A stretch of 64,000 nt of DNA from the human T2T-CHM13v2.0 reference genome, Homo sapiens (GCF_009914755.1 NC_060926.1), one strand, 5' to 3'; shown: positions 12,925 to 25,965, counted from the first letter of the stretch. Made by a program: numbers and translations. Notes: generated by a model from the letters alone, not told the origin.

Positions 12925-15900
12925 TCCTATAGCATTTTAAAAGGCAAACCATTCAAAACAGAGGCACAGAGCATCAACACATGAAGGAATAAGAGATTAG
13001 ACCAAGCTACAGCAGCTTTCTATGGCCCCATTATTTAATTTGTATTAAGGAATGCACCTGTGTTGTTGGAAAACCATGAGACGAGTCCATCAACCACCTG
13101 CTCACCTTTTCTTTTCACTGTACAGCATAAGGGGGCTTGGAATGCAATTAACCTTATACATTGTGAAAAAGCCGACATGCTTCAAGCTTGAATAGAAGTT
13201 CAAGAATATTAATGACCTGCAAAATTTGAAGAAGCAGCTAACCTTGGTGATATTGGCTTACGTAATGGTAGGGCTAGCCAAAAATTGTGCCTCCTGTACT
13301 CACTCACAATGTGCAGATTTGTTTGCCTTGAAAGCTCGTGAGCCCTGAGAATTGGGGCATTTAAGAGTTTGAGGAACCATAGACTTATGAGCATAGAGCA
13401 CTTGTGGTGTTATGAAGTAGCCACTAGACACTCAAATAGAGAAAACTAGAATTTATTTAATTAAAAGTTGTTTAATTAATTATATTTTTCCTATGGGATA
13501 AAACTGTTCCTGGTAAATGGCTTAATCTTTTCAAAGTTACATTAAATGTTAGTCTGGAGTGTTTTTAATATTGCAGGCTCATAGAGTTGTGTATCAAGAT
13601 GTGCCCAAGAGAACTACCATCAGTCTCAGCATTATATTTCTAAATACCAAAACTTGCTAGTGTCAGTAGAAGAATACATCTTTTTGGTAACATCACCTTT
13701 TGCTAAAATGCATAGTTTACACTGATATGATTGGAATTAAATCAGCCTCAGTTGTCAGTTCTAATCAGCTGCATGAGACATGGTCTTCAATTAATCTTAT
13801 CTCATAAACATTAGCATTTTAAATACTTTGTCAGAGTCTTGCATACACTTTTCGAAAATTAGAAACTTTCAGAACTTCTTTGAGGACTTCAAAATTGTTT
13901 TTGATACCCTTCCAAAATAATCTTATGTTATCTTGAGATTGCATTGAATCAGAGAGGAGATGTTGGCTTTAAGACCCGATAGTCATAAACCTACATACAT
14001 ATATATGCACATATATCCACATATATGAGTAATCAGCTCCCAAGGAACCTAGTGGTCAGCAAGACAAGGGACTTGTGTATACTCAGATGGCCAAATGTCA
14101 TGGAGGTCTTTATTTCTCAAACTAGTCATCCCCTTAACTCTCCTATTACGTTCAAAGGTACCCAGGAATAAAATCTTTTTATTTTTCTTATCAAGTATGT
14201 AGAATCTTGTTTGTAAGCAGCAAATACCTGGCTCAAATTAACTTAGGAACATTAATCTCATGTATGGGCCAGAATGTGTCTTTCTCTTTCACTTGACTTA
14301 CTCTCTGTGGACTCTGTGAGGATTGGCCTTTGCACTCTGGGTCTGTGTGCTTGCCTAACAGTAAATTTTTATGGCGATGAACTGTGCCACCCCTCTGTTA
14401 TGTTATTAAGTGTAAAATAAATTGAAAGAAGAGTTAAATAGTCAAAATGCTGGAAGAACAGGGCAATAGCAGGGACTTGAGAGCATTTAATACTCTTTTC
14501 CCACTTTTTTTTTTTTTTCCTATTACCTTACTGATTTCATTCTTTCTTAATGCAAAACAAGTATGCAAACAAGGTGGGAGTGATGTCCTCAGATGCTGCT
14601 GAAATGTACACATCTCATAGTTTATGCCAGCGTTTAGGACTGACTCATGCTTTCTCCAGTACCAGACTCAACAATCCTAGGGAAGAAAGCTCATTGGCCT
14701 ATCTTGGGACAGATATCAACATGGACCAATAAGTTTTGGCAGGAGGTAGGACCACATTGTACAAAGTTGTCATTGGTGACCCCTTTTCTATGTATTAGTA
14801 AAAGAAAAATCACTGTGGGCTGGAGAAGCTTCAAACACACGAGATGTTTTCCTTCCCTACATGGACACATCACCTCAGTCTTCCCAAGTATGGCTACTGG
14901 CCTCTTCTGGATGTCTTCTTTTTCCCCATTACCTCTAGCCTGAGTGCCATTTCTTTTAATGATTTGGTAAAGAACTTGGGGCAAGACATATTGTAGACAG
15001 GAGGAGAATTTCTGGGTTGGTGATTTAGAGCAGATCTCTTCTGATCCTTTCCCCTGAGCCCAGTACCCCTCATTTACTTTTTGGCATGCAGGAGGAAGTG
15101 GCAACTCAGGAGAAGGCAGATGGAAAGGTTAAATGGTGAAGCTCACAATCTGCTTGGCCAAGGAAATAATGCCCTTTTCTTAAAGGCTAAATGTTTTTTC
15201 AGGATGAGTGGATCAGTGGAGTCCAAATATTCTTGTCTACTGTAGGAGATATTTGATTCTTTATGTATGTATAACATATGTGTAATAGTTGTAGATAAAG
15301 CAATTTTGATTTTTCTTTGTTTACTGATTTGTTTTCATTATCCAAATTCACTTGTATGTACTTTTAGGCTGAGAAAGTTTTCCAAACCATTTTAACATGC
15401 AACTCTTCAAAAATTTACTGGGATTCTTTGTATTTGCTTAAATAGGAGCCATTCTGTGTTTTTTCCCCAAGTTAATGGTGCTAACTCACTTAATGTTCTA
15501 ATTCTGACAGCCATTCAGTAATAATGCATTTCCAGAGGAGTTGCAGTAGAATTTTAAGCCTTGTATTTTTGGCTCCTACTTAGTTATCTACCCTGATTGG
15601 CATTTAACCATTGAATTAGATTTTTCTTCTACTGAAGAGAGCTTTATGAGCTTTAACTTCAAGTGTCTGTGTCACAGTGTGATTTGTTTGCATTATGATT
15701 GACACTGAGCAAGCACTTTTTGCAGGAAAAGGCATTGTCTTTTAGGATTGAGGGAGGATTTGGACACATAGTCTCCTGACACTTTTTTCCAGGGTTCCAT
15801 TTAATAGTTGTGCACATCAATAACAATCTCACCTGGCACATGTTAACATGGTTACTTTATTTTTGCAATCAGTAATGATCATATTCCCTGAGAGCTGTTT

Positions 15901-16123
15901 CTCTGGGCCTGTTGACTGATATGGCCATAAATATATCCCCAAAGGCTAAAACTGTACCTGTTTCAGCACAGATGAAATAAAAATAAATGTCCCACTGTTT
16001 TAGTATTACAAATTATAATCTCACTACAGCATGAACTTTAAGGTGGTGATAGTTCAATTTCTGCTCTTTGTTTTTGACATGATGGTAGAATAAATACAAT
16101 TTTAAAACATTTTATTCAATTAA

Positions 16124-16547
<424 letters not shown>

Positions 16548-16675
16548 TTACCTTTAATTGTTAATAGTGAATAAACAAAATAATGTTTTCTGGACCTATA
16601 AATGGATTTTGAAGATATCCTTGCCTTAAAGAGACCAAATAATATACTTGCTGTTTCTTCCTATTATATTATCAT

Positions 16676-17050
16676 ATTCATTCACTCAGTCAGCAAACAT
16701 CGATTACTCTACCTCTGGGAACCTAAAACATACTAGGGACGTATAGACAAGTAACAAGTCTTTAATAAAGAGTTAGAGAAATCATGACGTAAAGTACAAT
16801 GGGGACACAAAGATAGGGACTGGCTGGTTGCATTCAGGGATTGCTTTAACTAGAAGATAACACTTGAAGTAAGCCACTTATGCTAACTGGGTGTGCCCAG
16901 AGAGGGCCAGAAAGAAGGCCAAAAGAATGTGAATCAAGTCCTAGAGCATAAAGCGGCATGGGCAATTGGGGGAAGTTGTTTGTTTAAATTTAGAGTCAAT
17001 GTGTAAGGGAGTGAGTATCTAGAAGTGGGACACAAAAAAGGTGGGATAGA
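16676..17050 (-). mobile_element. LINE-2 3' fragment, highly decayed
   Basis: Starts with attcattcactcagtcagcaaacat (antisense L2 tail). Confidence 0.55.
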
Positions 17051-17598
17051 CCCTAATCAGAGATGAATATGCAAATATATATATTTTCTAAATATATATA
17101 TATATTTGACTAGAATTTGAATTTTATTCTAGATATTAGTAGTTTTCCAACGTTTTTGGTTTACAGTATTAAATTTAAGAGGAGGATGAATATTCCTGTG
17201 ATTGTCAACTTGGGGAAGTACCAGAATCTTGTTGGGTGGAGGACAGGGGCACATTAATAATTTTAAAAACCCACAAGGTGATTGTGATAAGTCCTTGTGT
17301 CCTCTCCATTGAGAATTATTGCTATGGGCAGTGGAAACCACTGAGTTTTAAGTGGAGTCCTTAATATCAGTGACCCCATTAAAGTACTATCTCAATTTAT
17401 TATTCTTTAAATAAAACAATTGAAAAATATACTTACGTCCTCCATCTCTATGCTCCCATGATCCTCTATGTAATTTTTCAGTATCAAATTTTAAAAAAAC
17501 TCATTTGTTGTGCTGTTGGCACAAACATATTTTAAAGGAGTGTTTGGGAATGGAACATAAAACAGAAATGGAAAAAAAATTAACATTATATATGTCTG

Positions 17599-17655
17599 TC
17601 TTTGATTTCCATGACTGCACATCTTTGATTTCCATGCATGTCTTTGATTTTCATG
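17599..17655. repeat. Three copies of tctttgattYcatg
   Basis: Copies at 17599-17613, 17622-17636 and 17641-17655. Confidence 0.9.
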
Positions 17656-17919
17656 ACTCAGAGCTTTTCTGAGATTCCTATGGGGGTGTCCAGGCTAATG
17701 GGAGAAGCAGCTGGAGGAGAGTATGGCAGGCCGAGTGCCTGGCACACAGTAGGCACACAATGATTGCTAGTGTCTTTAGCTTCTCCTTTTAAACTTCAGC
17801 TCTTTAGTTGAAATTTAGGAGCCACTGGATTTTCTGTTAGTGGCTAATGTCAAGAGTGGCTGAGAAAAATGTTTGAAACTGAGGAGAAAATAGTGTCTCA
17901 GATATTAGACACATATAAA

Positions 17920-18070
17920 CATTAGAAGGGAATTTAATGATTGTCTCGTATCCCAGCCTTCTGCTTCACAGTTGGTGAAACCAAGGCCCTGACTTGACAT
18001 CACTTGAGTGACTTGACATCACAAGGCTATTAAATTACAGAAAAGGACCAGAAGCCAGGTCCTTTAATTC
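17920..18070 (-). mobile_element. MIR fragment with a 14-bp internal duplication
   Basis: cacagttggtgaaaccaaggccc MIR core; tgacttgacatcac at 17990-18003 and 18009-18022. Confidence 0.55.
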
Positions 18071-18214
18071 CTTCATGTCTCTCAGACATGTAGATGGCAT
18101 TTCTTCCTGTTTTTTCTTTTTCTTAGAGTTAACTCCATGAAAGGTTCTAATCAGCATATCTAAAACATAGCCCTTCATGAACTTCTTCCTCTTTCTCTAC
18201 TTTTTGTATCCCTC

Positions 18215-18849
18215 TATTACTAGAAAGGGATCCCAATCCAGACCCCAAGAGAGGGTTCCTGGACCTCGTGCAGGAAAGAATTTGTGGTAAGTTCATATTG
18301 TAAAGTGAAAGTAAGTTTATTAAGGAAGAAAATAAACAAAAGAATGGCTGTTCCATAGGCAGAGCAGCGGCATGGGCTGCTCACCTGAGTATACTTACAG
18401 TTACTTCTTGATTATATGCTAAACAAGAGGTGGATTATTCATGAGTTTTCTGGGAAAGAGGTAGGCAATTCCTGGAACTGAGAGTTCCTGCCCATTTTAG
18501 ACCATATAAAGTAACTTCCTGATGTTGCTATGGCATTTGTAAACTGTCATGGTGCTGTTGGAAGTGTCTTTTAGCATGCTAATACATTATAATTAGTGTA
18601 TAATGAGCAGTGAGGACGACTGGAGGTCACTTTTGTCACCATCTTGGCTTTGGTGGGTTTTGGCTAGCTTCTTTACCACAACTTGTTTATCAGCAGGGGC
18701 TTTGTGACCTGTATTTTGTACCAGCCTCCTATCTCATCCTGTGACTAAGAATGCCTTAATCTCCTGGGAATGCAGCTCAGTAGGTCTCAGCCTTATTTTT
18801 CCCAGCCCCTATTCAAGATGGAGTTGCTGTGGTTCAAATGCCTCTGACA
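18215..18849 (-). mobile_element. MER41B ERV1 solo LTR, full length (635 bp)
   Basis: Ends caagatggagttgctgtggttcaaatgcctctgaca (reverse complement of the MER41 start) and begins with the ccagaccccaagagagggttc segment; 4-bp TSD cctc at 18211-18214 and 18850-18853. Confidence 0.92.
18448..18477. promoter_or_regulatory. Tandem GAS (STAT1-type) motifs within MER41B
   Basis: TTCTGGGAA at 18448-18456 and TTCCTGGAA at 18469-18477, both matching TTCnnnGAA. Confidence 0.7.
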
Positions 18850-18853
18850 CCTC

Positions 18854-19385
18854 AGTGGCATCAACATCTACCATGCACTTGAGCTAGTCATTTCAGCATC
18901 AATTTTGTCTCCATCTTATACAGTATTCAGCTAGTCATCGAGTCCTGTTGGTATCACTTTGGAAATGTCTCTCACATCTATCTTTGCTTCTATTTCCTAT
19001 ATTACTTCCTTAATTTAGTCTTTACTTGTTTTTTTTTTTTTCCCTCTGGACTATTGAAGTAGCTTTTAAATTGGGTTCTGCCTTCTGCAGTCCACTGTCT
19101 CCACTGCCTCTGGAGTTTTCTTTTTGAAATATAAATCTCAATGATGGGTTCAGTAGCCTTCAGTGGCCTTTCATTCTATTGAAAAGTCCTTTTCTCTAGC
19201 TGTAGCCTTTCACAATATAGCTTTGATGTCCCTTTTCAACATTTTCTTCTGATCATTTTTCTACTCCCTTTATCTGCCAGACTCTGATCACACCAGCCCA
19301 TTCAATGTTCCTAATTTTTCAATGTACTTTCCTGGGACACCCTTCATCACCTCAGTTTGAGCACACATCAGTGCTCAATTCTATG
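18854..19385 (+). mobile_element. LINE-2 fragment, host of the LTR cluster (resumes ~19920-20144)
   Basis: Pyrimidine-rich sense L2-like sequence (gtcatcgagtcctgttgg...aaatgtctctcacatc); L2 3'-type sequence at 20080-20144. Confidence 0.6.
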
Positions 19386-19389
19386 CATG

Positions 19390-19919
19390 CGTAGGAAAAG
19401 AAAAGTTGTTTTCCTCTGTTCTTTATAGTTCTTAGTTGGGGTGGACCCCTGTAACAAAAGACAGATTAAGATGAGAAAAACAAGTTTATTAACATGTATA
19501 TTTCAAATATACATGGGAGATACCCAGATAAATGAGTAAATCTCGAAAGGGTAGATTTGAATTCAGGCTTAAATATCATCTTCAGCTAGAACAAAGAAAG
19601 CTGTTGGGGGATACAGTTATGGGAGGTAACCAGGAAAAGCGTGAGACACAAGGGTAAGATTCCTTATATAGATTTAAGTCAGTGCCTTCTCCATTAATAC
19701 AAGTCTCTAGTGATTTAGAGTCATCTTTCCTGATGCAGAGAGGGTGACACAGTTACAAATAGAGATTTCCTTTATAGATGTAAATTTTCCTACAAAAGGG
19801 TAACTTCTACTCTGCTTTTAGAGCTTCTCCTGTATTTTCAGTGTTCAAAATAATCAGCTTGAAATAATCTTTATGCCAAAGAGGCATACTTTGGGATGGC
19901 GTATTCTGGTCTCTTAAAT
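19390..19919 (-). mobile_element. MER34-family ERV1 solo LTR
   Basis: agagcttctcctgt...caaaataatcagcttgaaataatctttatgccaaagaggcatactttgggatggcgtattctggtctc is the reverse complement of the MER34 5' end. Confidence 0.8.
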
Positions 19920-20144
19920 ACACATCACTTTCTTTGAGTCCTCCTTTCCTTTCTTGGTCGAGATAAACAGATGGATCCTCTGTTACCCACAGAGCACTTT
20001 GTTTCTTCTCTAACCATACTGAGTGCTGTAGTCTGATGTGCATGAGAATTAATTTTCTTTTTGAATATGTCTGTTTTATTCAATAGTTTATGAAGTCCTT
20101 GAGCTCAGCAGTTGTATCAAATTCATTTTTATATCCTTGGTACC

Positions 20145-20630
20145 TGTGGTAAATTGAATAATGGTCCCCTGTAGATTTGCATCTTCTAATCCTTGGAACC
20201 TGTCAGTATGTTACCTTACATGGTAAAAGGGATTTCTTAGATGTGGTTAATTAAGGATCCTGAGATGGGGCTATTATCTTATTATCATGGTGGAGAAAGG
20301 CAGGAGGGTTGGGGCAGAGAAGATGATGTGATGAGAGAAGCAGGCATAGAGAGGGGATAGTCAGAAGAAGCAGAGGTTGCAATGATGTGCTTTGAAGGTA
20401 AAGGAAGGCACCATGAGCCAAGGAGTGCATGTAGCCTCTGGAAAAGGCAAGGAAGCTCATTCTCCCTTAGAGCCTCCATAAGGAATGAAACTGTGCAGAT
20501 GCTTGATTTTAGCCCAGTAAGACCCATATTGGACTTCTGACCTTCAGAACTTTGAGATAACACATTTGTGTAAGTTTCGAGCTACTAATTTTGTGGTAAT
20601 TTGTTACAGCAGCAATAGGAAACTAATACA
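20145..20630 (+). mobile_element. MLT1D-like MaLR LTR
   Basis: tgtggtaaattgaataatgg start, gttaccttacatggtaaaaggga, end ttgttacagcagcaataggaaactaataca. Confidence 0.88.
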
Positions 20631-20631
20631 G

Positions 20632-21579
20632 TGGAGGAGAGGAAAAATATTTTTTTCTCTACCCATTGTAGGTTTATGGATGAGGCCTCTATGACAAAAA
20701 ACAGATTAACAAGAGAAAAGCATACAAATTTATTTAATAAATTTTTATGTGACATGGGAGCCTTCATAAGGAAATTGAGACCCACAGAAATGGGTAAACC
20801 TGAGTATTTTTAGGCTAGGTTTGATAACGAGTGGATAGTTGTGGAGAAATATGATGGGATAAAAAGGGTATAATGTAATAGGAATAAATTGAGGAGAACT
20901 TAGAAAGGTCTGTTTGTTCAGATTCTGCCCATGACTGTCTTAATCCATTTTGTGCTGCTACAACAGAATGGCTGAGACTAGGCAACTTATAAACAATATA
21001 AGTTTACTTGTTTCATGGTTCCAGAGTCTGAGAAGTTAAATATCAAGGATCTGGCATCTGCTGGGGGCCTTTTTGCTACATCATCCCATGGCAGAAGGTA
21101 GAAGGGAAGGAGAGTGCATATGAGAGGGTGAGAAGTGAAGGGGGCTAGAACTCATTATTTTCTTAGGAACGTACTCTTATGATAAATAACCCACTCCCAA
21201 GATAATGACATTAATCCATTCCGAGTCACCTCTTAAAGATCCCACCTCTCAACACTGTTGCATGGGAGATTAAGTTTTCAACACGTGCAATTTGGGGGAT
21301 ACTTTCAACTCAAAACAGTGGCGCTTCATCTTTAGCGACAAGGATGTTCCTTTTGTCCTGGTATAGGGAAGCACCTCTTAGATGAGGGTCAATGATCTGC
21401 TTCAAGGGAAAGTTAGAAAGTCCTTCTTAAGTTTTTTGACCAGCTTCAGCGGAGAAGTATGGGGGCAGGTCAGAGAGACCGTCCTGCTACTGAAGGAATT
21501 TTTCTCACATTCCTTTAGCCTTAAAGTTTCACTATGCCAAGGTGCCATATTTTGGGTTAGTATGTTCTGAACCCCATCA
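20632..21579 (-). mobile_element. ERV1 solo LTR (MER67/LTR49/MER34 group), interrupted by an MST LTR
   Basis: cagattaacaagagaaaagcatacaaattt and the terminal atgccaaggtgccatattttgggttagtatgttctgaaccccatca. Confidence 0.75.
20936..21317 (-). mobile_element. MSTC-like MaLR LTR nested in the ERV1 LTR
   Basis: tgtcttaatccattttgtgctgc ... cacctcttaaagatcccacctctcaacactgttgc; degenerate 5-bp TSD atgac/gtggc. Confidence 0.82.
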
Positions 21580-21664
21580 ACAGCACTTACATGTAACATG
21601 CAGTTGGGCTTAGTGTATTTGCATCTGACCTTGACTAATCAAGAGAATTGTTCTCGATGCCCAT

Positions 21665-21907
21665 GATGATCAAAGCTAACATTTATTGAACCTTTTGCTG
21701 TGTGCCAGTCACTGTGGTCAACATTTATACTTGATCTTCATAATCACTGTATGGCACCATTATTATCCCTATTTGGCAGATGAGAAAACTGATGCACAAA
21801 GTGTTTTAATAATTTTCCCCCAATCACACTACCCAATATGTGATGGCACTGGGACTTGGAAGTGAGCAGTCTGGCTCCCAGGTCTGTGGCCACAGCGCTG
21901 TATCCTG
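21665..21907 (-). mobile_element. MIR
   Basis: gctaacatttattgaa...tattatccctatttggcagatgagaaaactga...cagtctggctcc. Confidence 0.8.
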
Positions 21908-21974
21908 CTTAGTCATGTTCTCATGTCACATATATGCAATTTATGTGTGCTGTCCTAGTGTGATATGTCGTGAA

Positions 21975-22180
21975 GAAAATTGGAAGAGCTAGATTTGAAT
22001 ATTGATGCCTTCAGTAATCAGTTGGCTCTGTAAATGTGGGCAAGTCAGCTAACCTAGATCTGTGTGCCTGTCTTTGTTAAATCATTCCTTTTCTGCTTAC
22101 CTTATGGGGTTAATATGAAGACTGAATGATAAATCACATGGGAAAGTGCTTTGAGAAACAGCAGGCACTACACATATGCT
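21975..22180 (+). mobile_element. MIR, decayed
   Basis: gggcaagtcagctaacct...atgggaaagtgctttg. Confidence 0.55.
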
Positions 22181-24017
22181 ATTTATAAGTATATATTTGG
22201 TTGATGTAGATCTTTTGCAGATTTCCTCATACCAGGATTACCTGGCTGGTCTGATTCATTTGGTGAGTAGGGGCTTAATAATATTTGGTAAATGCATTTG
22301 ATAAAAATGCTCTTTTGCCCTCCTAGTTCTCATTCTTATATTTTGGGTTGTTGACACTAAAAATCTGAAAGCTCAGAATTTAGTCTCCTTCATAGAACTT
22401 TATTTTCTTTCCTACTTTTAAAAAAATGAGCCTTTCTTATCTCACTCCTTAGCTAGTATTTTTATCTTGTAGCCCATAGGAAGGTACGACTTATAGAAGA
22501 TTTGCAATGATTTCAGCAGCTTTTCAGAAGGGCTTTGAGTGAACAGTTAATCTCTTGAGAATGCAAAGTCATTTGTGGTGGAGAATCTTAGGCCAGTGTT
22601 GAGTTGCAAATCCTGGGGAGTCCTGACTCAAGAAGATAGGGAATTTAAAAAGAAAGCCAGTGAAATACATTTGATTCTCTTTTTCCCTGTCCTGCCTTAG
22701 CCTGCAATGTTACTTATTCCTTTAAGATGCTTTAATTGCTAATTGTCTGCTGTTTGATTTTGAGGTTAGTTGAAATCACCAGGATGATGGAAGGCCTGAC
22801 CTGACCAGACCTGAATTCATTGGCAAATTCTCAACTTTTTGAAAAATTAATGAGTTTTGGCTGAGATGACACCTGACTTTTTACAGCATCTTGTTTTGAT
22901 TTATTGTTTCTTTTGTTTACTTGTCAGATATTCCCGCCCATGACATGGATTTACAGAGTACAATTTTTTTTTTTTTTTTTGCATGTTCAAAGTCAAGCTA
23001 TCCTGATTGGTGCAACATACAGACATAAAATGATACTTTGAGGGGCATCCTTTTGGATACATTTTTGTTCCTCTCTCATTGTTTCCCTGGGATGAATTCT
23101 TAGACATAGAATTACTCCAGGAAGGGTACCAACTTAAAACATTAAAATCAAACCAAACAAGAAAAAGATACATATTAATAGATTGTATTCCCTAAAGGCT
23201 GTACTAATTAACACTCCCACCAGTAGTGTATGAGAATGCATATCTCACGGCAACTTTGTCATTGTTCACTTACTCTGTAGCATCTCTGGAGTACTCACAA
23301 TCTTCTAGGTTCAGACATTTTTCAGAAGTTTTCAAAATCACCCCAGGTGATTTGAAGCTGAAACCACTGGTTTAGTTGATAGGAGAAAAGCATTCTCTCA
23401 CTATCTCTTAGTGGTTTGAATCTCTCTCACTATCCCCTTAAAATAGATCAGTCACTTTAGGTCATTGGTGTGTTTTGCTACACAGGACATACTATTCCTA
23501 ATGAACAGCCCCTTCATCACTCTAACACTCTTGAACCACTAATTCACAGTAGTGTCACTTCTAGGCTTATTAATATAATCTTTTGCCCATGCAAAGCTCT
23601 CCAATGTTCAGATAATTCTGCTGGATGATGTTACCTTTCAACTGAACCACATCATCTTGTTGGCAAAGCACCTCATGAATACTATCTCATTTAACTATTG
23701 CAGGGACCTTGGAATTAGACATTTCCATTCTATTTTTACAGAGAAAGGAAAAGGAACCCAAATAAGTAGCTTTTCTCTAAGGTTGTGCAACTTATAATCA
23801 CATGTTAGGAACTGAATCAATGTAGGTCTTCTGATTTCAAGTTCAGAGTTTCCAGTGTTGTGTCAGAACCTGTCTTTGGCTTTCGCTAGTTCTGCTGCTT
23901 TTTTAATGCACAAATGGATCTGGTTATTGGATTGTTATTAAGGATTTTTTTTTCAGTGTCTGCATTTCTTACGCTTATTTTCTTCTCTGTGTGCTCATTT
24001 AGAATTCTACATATTTA

Positions 24018-24280
24018 CAGCTGTGTTTCTCAACGTTTATTTTTATTATTGCTCCTCCTTCCCTAGGAAAAAAATTTAATTTAATTTACATTCTTCCTAA
24101 TGAGAAAAATTAAATATTAAACTGATAAGAACAGCTACTACACTTGATCTTAGCCAAAAGGCTGAGAAGTGAAGAGAAATTAAATATTAAGGAATAAAAT
24201 TTTGACAGGTAGGGTTGAGCCTTGGAGGACCACAAACTATGATATCTGATGTTTTTGTTCCTCAACAACCAATTTTAATC
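24018..24280. mobile_element. hAT-type MER DNA transposon fossil, host of the U2 retrocopy
   Basis: tgtttctcaacgttt TIR-like start; gtagggttgagccttggaggaccacaaac segment; subfamily uncertain. Confidence 0.55.
24114..24173 (-). pseudogene. 3'-truncated U2 snRNA retrocopy (about the first 60 nt of U2)
   Basis: Reverse complement TTCACTTCTCAGCCTTTTGGCTAAGATCAAGTGTAGTAGCTGTTCTTATCAGTTTAATAT versus U2 ATCGCTTCTCGGCCTTTTGGCTAAGATCAAGTGTAGTATCTGTTCTTATCAGTTTAATAT (4 differences); TSD aaattaaatattaa. Confidence 0.95.
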
Positions 24281-25504
24281 TTGGGAGTTCAAAAATGCTG
24301 TTAATGGACACACCAATTTAGATGACTAACCCTGGCTATCAGGGCAGAGAGGAGAGCTGTTGAACATTCTGATAGATCTTATAACCGTATGTGTGCAACT
24401 AGTGGAACACATGACACCGACATTACTCTCAGCTCACATCAACTAATGACTTACAAGGAAGCTGTGCTTCAGTGTGGGTGGCTAATTATTCAAACTTGCA
24501 TTCTGTATGATTAAACCACATGGAATTTCACATTTGCTTTTGTTTTCCATATATTTTATGGGTCATATAGATTATATCTCCACCTTTCACCCACTGCCTG
24601 CCTTTTTTATTAAATGTGAGCTTTGTATAAGGCTTTTGTCTACTTTTTGTCATAGCTCTGGGCTGAACTTTTAGATTCATTAGTCTCTGATTTGTGGCAG
24701 TTACCTACATTTTTACTTACAATTTTAGATAAATAAATGCCGGCGTGTTCACAGGCAGGAAAACACTGCATTGGTAGATAAGGGCCATTCCATGCTGGGC
24801 TTGACTGGTTGCCACCAACTCTGACATCCCTGACCCCTTGGCAGAGAAAGAATGTAAATGAGCGAGAATAAAGAGCCCCAGGTAGCTTCTGTTTGTTTTT
24901 ACAAGAGAACCAGAGCTAGGTGATTTGGGAGAATGCCAGATATTATAAACACAGAGCCAGAGAAAAAGAACAAGGATGGCAAGAAGAGTCCAGGGACTGG
25001 GGGAGGTGCACTTGCAGGGGGTGGAGGTTGGCCCAGAGGAAGGTTTTCATTCATTTCTGTGTGTAGAATTTTTAAGATTAACTTGCTAATTTTTTTATTG
25101 AAGTCAAGCAAGATTTTAAGTCATTTATCAGGGCTCATAGAGTACCTATTTATAGAAGTCAGAATAAAAGTAAATGAACCATGAATGCTAACACACATCT
25201 AGCAAATTTAGTAAGATTTAAAAGTTAAATAAACCAATGGAGCCTGCAGATTTTCTCCAGGGCCCCTTTACAAGTTTTAACTTTGTTTCCATTCCCCCCC
25301 ACTTCATTTTACACACTGTCATGTGTGATTCTTTTAGCCTTAGCTTTTAGAATACGAAAATGATTTACAAGCCTGTTTTTAGAGGCTATTTCATTTTTAG
25401 TTAAACGTTTACATGATGCTGGCTTCCTATGTAACTGCTGAAAAACAAAAGTTTTTTTTTTCTTTTTTACAGGTGCTAGACTGTCAATCAGGATAAAGGA
25501 GATT

Positions 25505-25965
25505 GTATGAATTATTTGTTGTTGCATAACAAATTGCCACAAGTAAAACAACAAACATTTATTATCTCAAATTTTGTATGGCTTAGGTGGGTCCTGTGCT
25601 TCAGGGTCTATTACAAGGCTGCAATCGGTTGTTAGCCAGGACAGGGATCTCATCTGAAAGCTCAACCGGGAAAGATCCACTTCCATGCTCCCATGGTTGC
25701 CGCATAATCCAGTTTGTTGAGGGCTTTTGGACTGAGGGCCTCAGTTCCTAACTGCTTTGGAGGCCACCTTCAGTTCCTGGTTATGTGGGCCTTCTCAACA
25801 TTGGAACTTGCCTCCTCAAAGCCAGCAAGAGATAGTCTGCTGGAAAGACATCCACCATCTTTGCTATATTCTGTTGGTTAGAGAGTCACTAGAACAGCCG
25901 ACACTAAAGGGCAGGAGATTACACAAGCGCATTAACACCAGATCGAGGGGCACCTTAGGATCCTA
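25505..25965 (-). mobile_element. MLT1F-like MaLR LTR
   Basis: gcataacaaattgccac, aaggctgcaatc, gatccacttcca, ggactgagggcctcagttcct, ttgctatattctgttggttaga. Confidence 0.8.

Noticed and set aside
17072-17108. AT-rich inverted repeat caaatatatatat...atatatatatttg
   Set aside because: Explained by self-complementary (AT)n low-complexity sequence
25450-25480. Strong pyrimidine tract plus ACAG|GT as a recursive splice site
   Set aside because: The following GTGCTA is a poor donor, and I found no convincing downstream exon
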